Below are positions 47,047-56,010 of a stretch of 64,000 nucleotides of DNA, piece by piece (position 1 is the stretch's first letter; the number at the start of each line of letters is the position of its first letter). A program made the translations under genes and the position numbers. This stretch comes from Candidatus Atribacteria bacterium (GTDB lineage Bacteria > Atribacterota > Phoenicimicrobiia > Phoenicimicrobiales > Stramentimicrobiaceae), in contig JAKQEP010000007.1 of NCBI GenBank assembly GCA_029556475.1, forward strand, positions 1,274-65,273, in the 5' to 3' direction. The notes below the pieces were generated by a model. It made no database searches. It saw only the letters and a list, made by a program, of their open reading frames with translations, and had not been told where the DNA came from.

Positions 47047-47185
47047 GGCAATTCAGCTCCTTTTTAGAAATCTATATAATAAGAATAAATAGTAAAGATT
47101 TTAAAAGACAGAACAGTTAACAGCTTATCTTAATTTATTTGACCTGAAATTTCAATCTCAATTATTTATATAGCAATTGAGATTT

Positions 47186-48196
47186 TCAACATATTCTGGG
47201 AAGCTGCTCTCCGCTAAGCATTCCCACTATTCTCTTTCCACCGATTTCAGTTAGAAGATATACCTCCGCCTTCCCCCGGGCAACTACTCTCCCTATAATA
47301 GCCGCCTGTTCTCCATAACAACTTTTTTTCATCTTTTCTAACACCTTTTCTGCATATTGCTCTGGCACAAAGGCAATCAATTTCCCCTCATTGGCTAAAT
47401 AGAGAGGGTCATAACCTAAAATTTGACAGGTATCTTTTACAGCCTCGTCCATAGGGATTTTTACTTCCCCAATTTCTATTTCAACCTGAGAAGATTGGGC
47501 AATTTCATTTAAAGCAGTAGCCAGACCTCCTCTGGTAGGATCACGCAGCACATGTATCTCTCTGGTTATGGACAACATCTGTTGAACCAAATCTGCCAGT
47601 GGGGCAGTATCACTCGGTATACTCTCTTCCAGCTCCAAATTTTCGCGGGAGGCAAGTATGCTGATACCATGATTTCCGATGGGACCGTTGATCAGAATGA
47701 AATCGTTGACCTGTGCCCTGGCGGGATTAATATCAACATCTAAATCAATATAACCAATACCTGTGGTATTTACAAATATTCCATCAACATCACCCTTATT
47801 TACCACCTTGGTATCTCCGGTAACAATTAGAATGTCGGTTTGTTGTGCCGCCTCAGCCATACTGGAGGTAATCTGTTCCAGGGCATACATTGAGGTACCC
47901 TCTTCAATAATCAGTGATACACTAAGATATTTTGGAATAGCCCCACACATAGCTAAATCATTTACAGTACCATGTATTGCCAGTTTACCTATATCTCCTC
48001 CATTAAAAAATATGGGGCTCACAGTGTATGAATCTGTGGAAAAGGCAATTTTTTTATCTGATGGTGGTAATATTGCTCCATCATGCAGCTGATTTAAGAA
48101 AGGATTATTAAAATATCTTAAAAAAAGGGAGCGAATAAGCTGATTGCTTAATTTCCCGCCGCTTCCATAATCAAGAGTAATAATATCTTCCGTCAT
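47186..48196 (-). CDS. hypE: [NiFe]-hydrogenase maturation protein HypE
   Basis: AIR-synthase-like fold and a C-terminal ...LPRIC, which carries the cysteine that bears thiocyanate. Confidence 0.9.
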   Translation of the reverse strand: MTEDIITLDYGSGGKLSNQLIRSLFLRYFNNPFLNQLHDGAILPPSDKKIAFSTDSYTVSPIFFNGGDIGKLAIHGTVNDLAMCGAIPKYLSVSLIIEEGTSMYALEQITSSMAEAAQQTDILIVTGDTKVVNKGDVDGIFVNTTGIGYIDLDVDINPARAQVNDFILINGPIGNHGISILASRENLELEESIPSDTAPLADLVQQMLSITREIHVLRDPTRGGLATALNEIAQSSQVEIEIGEVKIPMDEAVKDTCQILGYDPLYLANEGKLIAFVPEQYAEKVLEKMKKSCYGEQAAIIGRVVARGKAEVYLLTEIGGKRIVGMLSGEQLPRIC

Positions 48197-48347
48197 TTTC
48201 CTAACCTTTTTGATTAATGATATAATCTAACAACTATTATGTTATTATTTTCAAAATTTTTGCTTTTTTAATTTCTGGGTTTTATTCTATATTTATAAAA
48301 CATACTGTCAAAACTTAAAATCTTAAGCCGATATTAAACTCTCACCG

Positions 48348-49424
48348 TTAATTATACCGGTAATAAGCTGAACAGGTCCCTTCACTGGAAACCATGCATG
48401 ACCCTACAGGATTTTCAGGAGTGCATACACTTCTAAAAAGAGGACATTGCCTGGGAGTAATAGCTCCCCTTAAGACATCTCCACATCTGCACAACTCATT
48501 CTCTCTTTCTCTTTCTATTTTTACCGAAAAATTACGGGCATTCAAATTAGAGAATTCCGGTCTCAGCTCTAAGCCGCTTTCTGCCACCATACCGATGCCC
48601 CTCCACTCACTAGGAACCGTTAAAAATACCTGGTTTATTAAAGCAAGGGCTAAAGGATTTCCTTCTTCCCTCACCGCTCTTCTGTATTTATTTTCTACCT
48701 GCGGAATCTTTTTAATCCTCTGTTCAATAATATGGTATATGGCATTTAAGATATCAACCGGTTCAAATCCGGCTATTACACAGGCAATATCATAACGTTC
48801 AGGAATGAATTGATATGGTTTGGTGCCAATAATAGTACTGACATGCCCGGGGCAGAGCATTCCGTCTATCTTCACCTCATTACTCTCCAATAGCGTTTTG
48901 ATAATCGGAGGCATTAATTTAGCCAGGCTGAACAGAAAAAAATTGTCAATCCGTCTCTTCTTTGCTTCCAAAACAGTACTGGCTAGCAATGGTATGGTTG
49001 TTTCAAAACCAATTCCTATCAGAATGACTCGTTTCTGAGGAAACTGCTCTGCTATCCCCAACGCCTGTAGGGGAGAATATATTACCCTGATATCTGCCCC
49101 TTCAGCTTTTTTCTTTTTTAAACTGGAAGTGCTGCCGGGGACATTAATCATATCTCCAAAAGTAGTTATTATGGTTTCCTCCATATCAGAAAGTGATATC
49201 ATATGGTCTATTTCATTAATGGGAGTAACACATACCGGACACCCGGGTCCTGAAATCAAACTAATATTCGCCGGTAAAAGATTTTTAATGCCGTAACGAA
49301 AAATGGACATGGTATGGGTACCACAGACTTCCATTATTCTTATTTCTTCTTTTGTTAATTTTTTAATCTTTTCTATTATCAGCTGGCAAAGATTTTTATC
49401 CCTGTATTCATCATAATATTTCAA
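48348..49424 (-). CDS. hypD: [NiFe]-hydrogenase maturation protein HypD
   Basis: Motifs MEVCGTHT, GPGCPVCV and the C-terminal cysteine-rich FeS region (CRCGDVL...CPLF...C). It overlaps hypC by 4 nt. Confidence 0.9.
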   Translation of the reverse strand: MKYYDEYRDKNLCQLIIEKIKKLTKEEIRIMEVCGTHTMSIFRYGIKNLLPANISLISGPGCPVCVTPINEIDHMISLSDMEETIITTFGDMINVPGSTSSLKKKKAEGADIRVIYSPLQALGIAEQFPQKRVILIGIGFETTIPLLASTVLEAKKRRIDNFFLFSLAKLMPPIIKTLLESNEVKIDGMLCPGHVSTIIGTKPYQFIPERYDIACVIAGFEPVDILNAIYHIIEQRIKKIPQVENKYRRAVREEGNPLALALINQVFLTVPSEWRGIGMVAESGLELRPEFSNLNARNFSVKIERERENELCRCGDVLRGAITPRQCPLFRSVCTPENPVGSCMVSSEGTCSAYYRYN

Positions 49425-49636
49425 GAGTGCATCTCCTCCCAGAGCTGGTTTATCTCGTTTGCCTCTTCAGGATCGATTTTGGTAATGGCATATCCGGCAT
49501 GTATAAGCACATAATCTCCTTCTTTAATTTCAGGAAAAAGGTCAATCCTTACCAACTTTTTGATCTTTCCTATAAGAACCTCTGCCTCTATAGAATTGAC
49601 TTTTTTTAAAACCTTACCAGGAATCGCAAGACACAT
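49421..49636 (-). CDS. hypC: [NiFe]-hydrogenase maturation chaperone HypC
   Basis: MCLAIPGKV N-terminus with the essential Cys2. 71 aa. Confidence 0.9.
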   Translation of the reverse strand: MCLAIPGKVLKKVNSIEAEVLIGKIKKLVRIDLFPEIKEGDYVLIHAGYAITKIDPEEANEINQLWEEMHS

Positions 49637-49684
49637 ACAGATACTCCTTCTATATTTTCCAATACATTATACTGTGGTTTATAA

Positions 49685-51982
49685 CTAAGAGTGATCTCTT
49701 ACAGACCTAATCCTTATATCAGCAACAATTGCCTGGCCCAGAGAAATACAGGCATCGTTGGGCGGAAGTTTTTTATGTATCATTACTTTAAAATTCTCTT
49801 CTTTTAATCTCTTTATGGTTTGGGCCAAGAGGAAGCTATTCTGAAAAACTCCTCCACTGAGAACGACATAATTAATATGGAATTTTTCTCTTATTTTAAC
49901 ACATTGGGAGAAAATAATATCGGTAATTGTATTATGAAACTGAGTGGCAATCCGGTTTAAAGAAGCTTTTCTTTCCAAATCAAAAATTATCTGATTGAAC
50001 ATTTCTCCACTATCCACAACCCAGCCGGTGTTTTCATAAATAATCTGATATTTATAATTCTCCTTATATTTAGGCTGACACAAGGCTTCCAGTTCCATAG
50101 CTGCCTGTCCCTCAAAATCCACCTCATCCCTCAACCCAATCAGAGAGGCAACCGCATCAAACAACCTTCCACAGCTGGAGGTGAGTGGTGAGTTTATATT
50201 CTTGTCTACCATCTGTTGTAACAGGTGGATATCTTTTTTCAATCTTCTTTCTTTTAATATTAGATAAATGGAATCAGCTTCCCACCCGGAAAAGGAATAG
50301 AGATAACTAAAAGCCATTCTCCATGGTTGAAGTATAGCCTGCTCTCCTCCGGGCAGAGCCGTATATTTTAAGTGACCAACCCTGGTGAATTCCTTGGTAG
50401 ACACTATTAGAAACTCCCCACCCCATATAGAACCATCCTGCCCGAATCCGCTACCATCTAAAGCAACTCCGATTACTTTTCCCTTAATATGGTTTTCAGC
50501 CATACAGCTGGCAATGTGCGCATGGTGATGTTGAACTTTTATCAAAGGGACTTTGAACTGTTCTGACAGCTCCTGAGCATAATGTGTGGAAAGATAATCG
50601 GGATGCAGGTCACAGGCAATAACTTCAGGTTCAAACTGAAATACCTTCATCAGGCGTCCGATAGCTTCCTGGTATGCCTGGAAGCTTTCACTTTTTTTTA
50701 AATCACCCAAGTGCTGGCTGGGGAAGGCATAACGGTCTTGGGTGATACATACTGTATTCTTTTCCTCAGGTCCTAAAGCCAGTACTGATTTTGATTTTTT
50801 GGGGAGCAGAATTGGGAAAGGAGCATATCCTCTTGATCTACGAATGAAGATAGGAAGGTTGCCAGCTATCTTTAAGACAGAATCATCACAGCGGTTATAA
50901 ATCTTCCGATCATGTATAAGCAGAAAATCGACCTGTTTGGATAGCTTCTGAAAAGCATCCTCATTTTCAATAATAATCGGTTCATCGCTGAAATTGGCAC
51001 TGGTCATAACCAGGACCAGATCGCTTTTTTCTAATAATAAAAAATGTAAGGGAGTATATGGCAGCATAAAACCAAGATAGGCATTCCCCGGTGCTATGTC
51101 TGGCGACAGATTGAACGCCTTTTTCTTTTTAAGAAGCACGATAGGTTTTTCCCTGCCCTCCAAAAACCTCTCAGCTAGAGCAGATACAAAACAAAATTTT
51201 TTTATTTTTACTACACTTTCAGCCATTAGCGCAAAGGGCTTCTGATCTCTTTTCTTTATATTTTTTATTCTGGAAACCGCCTCTCTATTCTGAGCATCAC
51301 AGGCAAGATGGAAACCCCCTAACCCTTTTATTACCCCTATTTGTCCTTTTTTTAACCTGTTTTGCGCTTCCAGAATAGGATTGGTAACATTGATTTTATG
51401 CTCCCCTTTATATAGATAAATTTGTGGACCACAAACCGGGCAAGCATTGGCTTCTGCATGGTAGCGACGATCAACTAAATTATGATACTCCTCAAGACAA
51501 TCTCTACACATAGAAAAATCCTGCATAGTAGTGTTATCTCTATCATAAGGCATATCTTTAATAATGGTAAAACGCGGTCCGCAATTGGTACAATTGATAA
51601 AAGGATAACGGTAGCGACGGTTAGATGGATCTTTTAACTCTCTCAAACAATCCTGACAGATGGAGATATCAGGGGGCATAAGAATAAGGGGATGTTTGTG
51701 GTCAGAGTTACTCTCTTTTATGATAAATTCGGAAAAACCTAAAGGGGGCAACTCTTTAATTTTTATTTTTTCAATAAGAGTTAAGGGTGGGGTATTCTTT
51801 TTCAGCTCAGCAAATAATTTTAAGCAGTCGAATTTATTCCCCTCAATTTCCATTTCAACTCCTCTATTGGAATTTCGAATCCAGCCATAAATATGGTAAT
51901 TCTTTACTAATTTATGAATAAAAGGTCGAAATCCCACCCCCTGCACTATTCCATATATGGTAACCTTGAATCTTGTCTTCAT
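49685..51982 (-). CDS. hypF: Carbamoyltransferase HypF
   Basis: Acylphosphatase domain (VQGVGFRPF), two zinc-finger CxxC pairs (CQDC...CTNCGPR; CRDC...CPVCGP), and YrdC and Kae1-like domains. 765 aa. Confidence 0.95.
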   Translation of the reverse strand: MKTRFKVTIYGIVQGVGFRPFIHKLVKNYHIYGWIRNSNRGVEMEIEGNKFDCLKLFAELKKNTPPLTLIEKIKIKELPPLGFSEFIIKESNSDHKHPLILMPPDISICQDCLRELKDPSNRRYRYPFINCTNCGPRFTIIKDMPYDRDNTTMQDFSMCRDCLEEYHNLVDRRYHAEANACPVCGPQIYLYKGEHKINVTNPILEAQNRLKKGQIGVIKGLGGFHLACDAQNREAVSRIKNIKKRDQKPFALMAESVVKIKKFCFVSALAERFLEGREKPIVLLKKKKAFNLSPDIAPGNAYLGFMLPYTPLHFLLLEKSDLVLVMTSANFSDEPIIIENEDAFQKLSKQVDFLLIHDRKIYNRCDDSVLKIAGNLPIFIRRSRGYAPFPILLPKKSKSVLALGPEEKNTVCITQDRYAFPSQHLGDLKKSESFQAYQEAIGRLMKVFQFEPEVIACDLHPDYLSTHYAQELSEQFKVPLIKVQHHHAHIASCMAENHIKGKVIGVALDGSGFGQDGSIWGGEFLIVSTKEFTRVGHLKYTALPGGEQAILQPWRMAFSYLYSFSGWEADSIYLILKERRLKKDIHLLQQMVDKNINSPLTSSCGRLFDAVASLIGLRDEVDFEGQAAMELEALCQPKYKENYKYQIIYENTGWVVDSGEMFNQIIFDLERKASLNRIATQFHNTITDIIFSQCVKIREKFHINYVVLSGGVFQNSFLLAQTIKRLKEENFKVMIHKKLPPNDACISLGQAIVADIRIRSVRDHS

Positions 51983-52033
51983 CTTTTCCTTAAAACTTAT
52001 ATAAATATAGGGTAAACTTGACTGGATATTGCT

Positions 52034-52522
52034 CTACAGTCCGGTATCTTTCCGGTAATCCAATAAAAACCTTCTGGCAATTATATAAGCAGCAAAATCA
52101 TCGTATGGACAGGGAGGTATACGAAGAGAAGCGGGTAAAAGTTTCAGCCATCCTCTTGGTGGGTTATAATTAAAATACTCTTTTCTGGCCAACATGGTAC
52201 TATCTTTTTCAATTACAGTGGTCAATCTTATATCTGAAAAATGATTTTTTACAATTTTAAAAATCTCCTGAGAATTAGTTCCTCCGCCTATGGCTATATC
52301 TTTAATCGTATACTTTTCAAGGAAGAACTTCAGTTCCCCTATCAACTTCTCTTTATCAATTACTTTCCCTGCTACTAATTTCATCTCATTATTTATAACT
52401 GCTATACCACATTTTTTTCTACCCGGATCTATTGCCAGAACATTATCTGGAGTATCTTTATCAGATTTTTTTAAATTCATTCTACCACTTTCCAACAAAG
52501 ATAGTATTACTTTTTCTTTCAA
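52034..52522 (-). CDS. Hypothetical protein with a YqgF/RuvX-like RNase H-fold N-terminal region
   Basis: VLAIDPGRKKCGIAV followed by DIAIGGGTNS resembles resolvase-like RNase H-fold proteins. The assignment is weak. Confidence 0.4.
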   Translation of the reverse strand: MKEKVILSLLESGRMNLKKSDKDTPDNVLAIDPGRKKCGIAVINNEMKLVAGKVIDKEKLIGELKFFLEKYTIKDIAIGGGTNSQEIFKIVKNHFSDIRLTTVIEKDSTMLARKEYFNYNPPRGWLKLLPASLRIPPCPYDDFAAYIIARRFLLDYRKDTGL

Positions 52523-52527
52523 TCCCC

Positions 52528-53496
52528 TTATTGGTTATTTTTATATTTTTCCAGTATATCAAGAAATCCTTTAATTATAATACACGATATGAAGGCAATT
52601 GTACCTAATTTTCCACCCGTTCCACAAAAATAAGGAGAGCTGTAGATAAAAAGAAAGGTACTCAATACAGCAGCAAGGGCAACATATAATTCATTTGGGA
52701 GCCTGGCCTGTGAAGACATCCCCACAAATGATGCACATATCATCATTACTGCCGCACTTCCCCCTATTTCAGAAAAAATCTGAGGCATAATCAGTCCTGC
52801 TAACAAGCCTACAACTCCTGAACCTGTAACTGCCCCGTATTTAAGCCTTATATTTAGCACATAGGAAATAACGGCGGCAATAACCGAGTATAATAACAAA
52901 TACTTTCCGGTATCCCAAGCTGGAATAGGGCTTATGTCTATAACCTTCTTATCAGCAAAAAAGGAGGCTATAATACACCCGGTTAGAGCAATGGTTCCTA
53001 ATTTTCCTCCAAATCCATTAAATACATTTTTGGATAGAACAAAGACCATACCGGCAACTATAGCAGCGAAAGCGAGATAAACATGAGTAGTAAAAAGAAT
53101 ACAGGATGCCATACCTACAAAGGAACCACAATAGGCCGGAACAGCAAATTTTGGGACCATTAGGGCAGACAAGACCCCAACCAGGGCTGAGGCAACCACA
53201 GGACCCATTTTTAGATAATTATTAAAAACAAAAGAAAGATATGCCCCAATAAGAAGGGTAATGAAGTTATAAAAATCTATGTTATCAAAGGAATATTTCT
53301 TTCCAACTTCTCTCTTCCTCTCACTATTAATCCCATAGATTAGACCAATCAACAGGATTGCCTGAAGAAAAAACAACCAGGAATAACCATGTGTTACGAT
53401 ATTACCCTCAAAAGTATAGCCAAATAATGCCAGCACTGTTAGGGGCAAAATAACAAAACCGATAACTGAAACCATAAGAATAACCTCTCTTTTCAA
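52528..53496 (-). CDS. Uncharacterized polytopic membrane protein with internal duplication
   Basis: Two homologous halves each contain LK(M/Y)G...SFVGM(A/S)S...G(F/T)GGKLGTIA(L/F)..CII. I could not recognise a family. Confidence 0.6.
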   Translation of the reverse strand: MKREVILMVSVIGFVILPLTVLALFGYTFEGNIVTHGYSWLFFLQAILLIGLIYGINSERKREVGKKYSFDNIDFYNFITLLIGAYLSFVFNNYLKMGPVVASALVGVLSALMVPKFAVPAYCGSFVGMASCILFTTHVYLAFAAIVAGMVFVLSKNVFNGFGGKLGTIALTGCIIASFFADKKVIDISPIPAWDTGKYLLLYSVIAAVISYVLNIRLKYGAVTGSGVVGLLAGLIMPQIFSEIGGSAAVMMICASFVGMSSQARLPNELYVALAAVLSTFLFIYSSPYFCGTGGKLGTIAFISCIIIKGFLDILEKYKNNQ

Positions 53497-53550
53497 AATA
53501 TTTTTTGATAGATTGAATTTGCAGGTTTTATTTTTTAGGTTTTGTCTTTA

Positions 53551-54327
53551 TTAATCAACTATATTCTCAGGGAAAGAGTAAATATTCATTCTATTATCCC
53601 GTGCAAAACCGATTAATGTAATTAGCGCATCTTGAGCAAGTTTGACAGCATTATCAGTAACAGCCGAACGGGATATCACTGTGGAAACCTTCCCATTTAT
53701 GATTTTTTTCAATATTCCTTCAGTAATGCGACAAGAGGTAAGAAGAATCTTATCTACTACCTTTATGTTTTTTAACAAAGCCTCCCCCAGTATACGGTCT
53801 ACGGTGTTATAACGGCTTATATCTTCACAGAATAATAACAGGGAACCCTCCCTATCTGCCAGAGCGCAACTATGTACGCCACCAGTCTTATTAAACAAAA
53901 AAGCTTTCTCTTGCAGGTGGTTGAGGAGAGTAAAAATGGTATCTGATTTAATGATGATTCTTTTCTCTTTGTCATATAATTTTTTTGATTCTGCCACTGT
54001 TCCTGGCTTTAAAAAGCCTATGGGCAAATGAAGGTTAATCTCTTTCTCAACTGGCATCACTGTATTATTTAATGTTATATCGACTTTGTTTTCACCAGTT
54101 TTTATAGATACTATATCTTCTCTTCCAGTTATTATGCCATTAGTATATAAAAAACCTACCGCTAAGAATTGATAATTCCCCGGACTGCAGTTTAAGGATA
54201 TGAGCTTACGGTTATTTATCAGAATTGTTAATTCAACTTCCCGGGCAGTTAAGTCTGTTATACTGAGTCTCTTCTTATCTTCTATACGAATTATTTTTAT
54301 TTTCCTGCTTGAACTATCCCTTACCAA
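53551..54327 (-). CDS. fdhD: Formate dehydrogenase accessory protein FdhD-like
   Basis: The C-terminal half TGGVHSCALA...EDISRYNTVDRILGEAL...ISRSAVTDNAVKLAQDALITLIGFAR matches FdhD. I chose a TTG start at 54327, preceded by aagagg at 8-nt spacing. The longer track ORF would overlap mobA by 104 nt. Confidence 0.75.
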   Translation of the reverse strand: MVRDSSSRKIKIIRIEDKKRLSITDLTAREVELTILINNRKLISLNCSPGNYQFLAVGFLYTNGIITGREDIVSIKTGENKVDITLNNTVMPVEKEINLHLPIGFLKPGTVAESKKLYDKEKRIIIKSDTIFTLLNHLQEKAFLFNKTGGVHSCALADREGSLLLFCEDISRYNTVDRILGEALLKNIKVVDKILLTSCRITEGILKKIINGKVSTVISRSAVTDNAVKLAQDALITLIGFARDNRMNIYSFPENIVD

Positions 54328-54976
54328 TATTTTTACCTCTTTGGTAGAGCAGTATTTCTGCTTTTTTAAAATCGCTTTGAAAATTAATGTTAAAGAAAGA
54401 ATGTAATTCCGAATCAAATATTCTGATCTCTTCTTCTCTGATCCAGCGTATTTTACAACGAGGGAAAATTCCCCTTACTGCCAATATATTATTTTTTAGA
54501 TTCTGCTCCATAGTCTTCAGGCAATTTTTACTATAAATAGCGCATAAAGGTTCATACAATTCCTTACCGTAGGTCGGAATCACCATATCATAACCCTTAC
54601 TATTGCTAAGCATATATTCAACTAATTTTGACTCAACAAAGGGCATATCGTATCCTATTACCAGGTTATAAAATGTATTCGAATACTGTAAGCCGGAAAA
54701 AATTCCCCCCAGTGGACCTTTTTGTGGGTAGAGGTCTTCTACCACAGTAAATCCATGTCTGGAGTACTTTTCTTTTGGTCCTACAATAATAACATTATTC
54801 TTGTCTACTCCTTCGATAGATAGGATATTGACAAGAACGTATTCTATCAGACTGGTACCTTTAAATTGCATATGGCCTTTATCTTTATTTAATCCCATTC
54901 TACTGCTTCTGCCACCGGCTAAGACTAAGACTGAAAAGGGAGTGTGTTTTTTCTTTTTAAACATTTTTTTACTCAT
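54314..54976 (-). CDS. mobA: Molybdenum cofactor guanylyltransferase MobA
   Basis: LAGGRSSRMG nucleotide-binding motif. 220 aa. Confidence 0.8.
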   Translation of the reverse strand: MSKKMFKKKKHTPFSVLVLAGGRSSRMGLNKDKGHMQFKGTSLIEYVLVNILSIEGVDKNNVIIVGPKEKYSRHGFTVVEDLYPQKGPLGGIFSGLQYSNTFYNLVIGYDMPFVESKLVEYMLSNSKGYDMVIPTYGKELYEPLCAIYSKNCLKTMEQNLKNNILAVRGIFPRCKIRWIREEEIRIFDSELHSFFNINFQSDFKKAEILLYQRGKNIGKG

Positions 54977-55026
54977 AAACCTGGGTTAATTAATGGTCGG
55001 TAATAATTAAGAAGATTTCTGATAGG

Positions 55027-55071
55027 TCAAAAAAGGGGCTATACTATACCTTCTGCGACAGTATAACCCCT
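55027..55071 (-). terminator. Strong Rho-independent terminator closing the FDH operon
   Basis: 12-bp stem with 11 of 12 positions paired: aggggctatact (55034-55045) / agtataacccct (55060-55071). On the minus strand it is followed by TTTTTT. It lies 28 nt after the focA stop. Confidence 0.85.
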
Positions 55072-55098
55072 TCTGATTCTTTTAATTGGGTTTTTAAA

Positions 55099-55995
55099 CT
55101 ATTTATTCTCCCTTAAATAGACATACCAATACAGGGTAGCTACAAAAAAGGCTCCACCAATTATATTGCCTATGGTTACCGGTAACAAATTGTTAAACAA
55201 AAGTCCGCTTATATTTAGCTTGTCAAGCTTGCCTGTTAATCCGGCTGCTTCTACAACTGAAATATTGTTCTTGAGTAGAATTCCCATAGGTATAAAATAC
55301 ATATTGGCAATGCTATGCTCAAAACCACTGGCTACAAAAGCCATAATGGGAAAATATATGCCCAGGATTTTTCCCGGAACATCTTTAGCTGCTACTGCCA
55401 TCCATACTGCCAGACACACCAGCCAGTTACAGAGAATTCCTCTGGCTATTGCTGCACCCCAGGTTATATTGACTTTACCATTTGCTATCGCTAAAGCTCT
55501 TGCCCCTACAGCAAAATTTCCGGTGGTCCAAAGTTTTGCAAGATACATTAACCATACTACCAGCAAAGAACCAACAAAATTGGCTATATATACCCAAAAC
55601 CAGCTGTTTAATAATTTTTCTACGGTTATATTTTTGTTTAAAGTACCTACCACTATTAAGTTATTTCCGGTAAACAATTCTGCTCCAGCAATAACTACCA
55701 GCATCAAGCCAACAGAAAAAACACTGCCAAATAGAACTTTGGCGATACCATCACCGACATATTTTGCTGTATCATAAGTGGCCATAGTGGCAAGCTGTGC
55801 TCCAAAGCTGATATAAGCACCGGCTAGAATACCTAAAATAATCATTTTAGCCAGTGATAGACTTGCCTTGGTCTTGCCAATAGTGCAAAAAGCATTGGCA
55901 ATTGCCGCAGGTGCATTGCATGGTGTTGCTACATCCTGTACCAGCTGAATATTTTCTTTCTCTGGACTCAATTTGATTTCCTCCTCTTTTGACAA
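55099..55995 (-). CDS. focA: Formate/nitrite transporter family channel (FocA-like)
   Basis: FNT family features: AGAELFTGN, the GFEHSIANM central His motif, and six TM segments. Confidence 0.9.
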   Translation of the reverse strand: MSKEEEIKLSPEKENIQLVQDVATPCNAPAAIANAFCTIGKTKASLSLAKMIILGILAGAYISFGAQLATMATYDTAKYVGDGIAKVLFGSVFSVGLMLVVIAGAELFTGNNLIVVGTLNKNITVEKLLNSWFWVYIANFVGSLLVVWLMYLAKLWTTGNFAVGARALAIANGKVNITWGAAIARGILCNWLVCLAVWMAVAAKDVPGKILGIYFPIMAFVASGFEHSIANMYFIPMGILLKNNISVVEAAGLTGKLDKLNISGLLFNNLLPVTIGNIIGGAFFVATLYWYVYLRENK

Positions 55996-56010
55996 TATAT
56001 TATTATATTT

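Noticed and set aside
47154-47184. 10-bp AT-rich inverted repeat (aatctcaatt / aattgagatt) right after the hypE stop, as a terminator
   Set aside because: The stem is entirely A/T plus one or two G/C pairs and no T-run follows on the minus strand. It is too weak to call.
47186-51982. Incomplete hyp set (hypF-C-D-E only; no hypA/hypB or hydrogenase structural genes) as evidence of pathway decay
   Set aside because: Absence from a 64-kb window says nothing about the genome. The four genes are intact with their catalytic motifs (HypE C-terminal Cys, HypC Cys2, HypD CGxHx and CPVC motifs, HypF zinc fingers).
55166-55777. 203-aa plus-strand ORF, and more than 60 other plus-strand ORFs of 60-145 aa, e.g. 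34903-35340, 48394-48795, 9106-9486
   Set aside because: All lie antisense to minus-strand genes that have strong family signatures. Their translations are low-complexity (S/P/I/L-rich) with no recognisable motifs and no RBS. They are shadow ORFs typical of AT-rich DNA.
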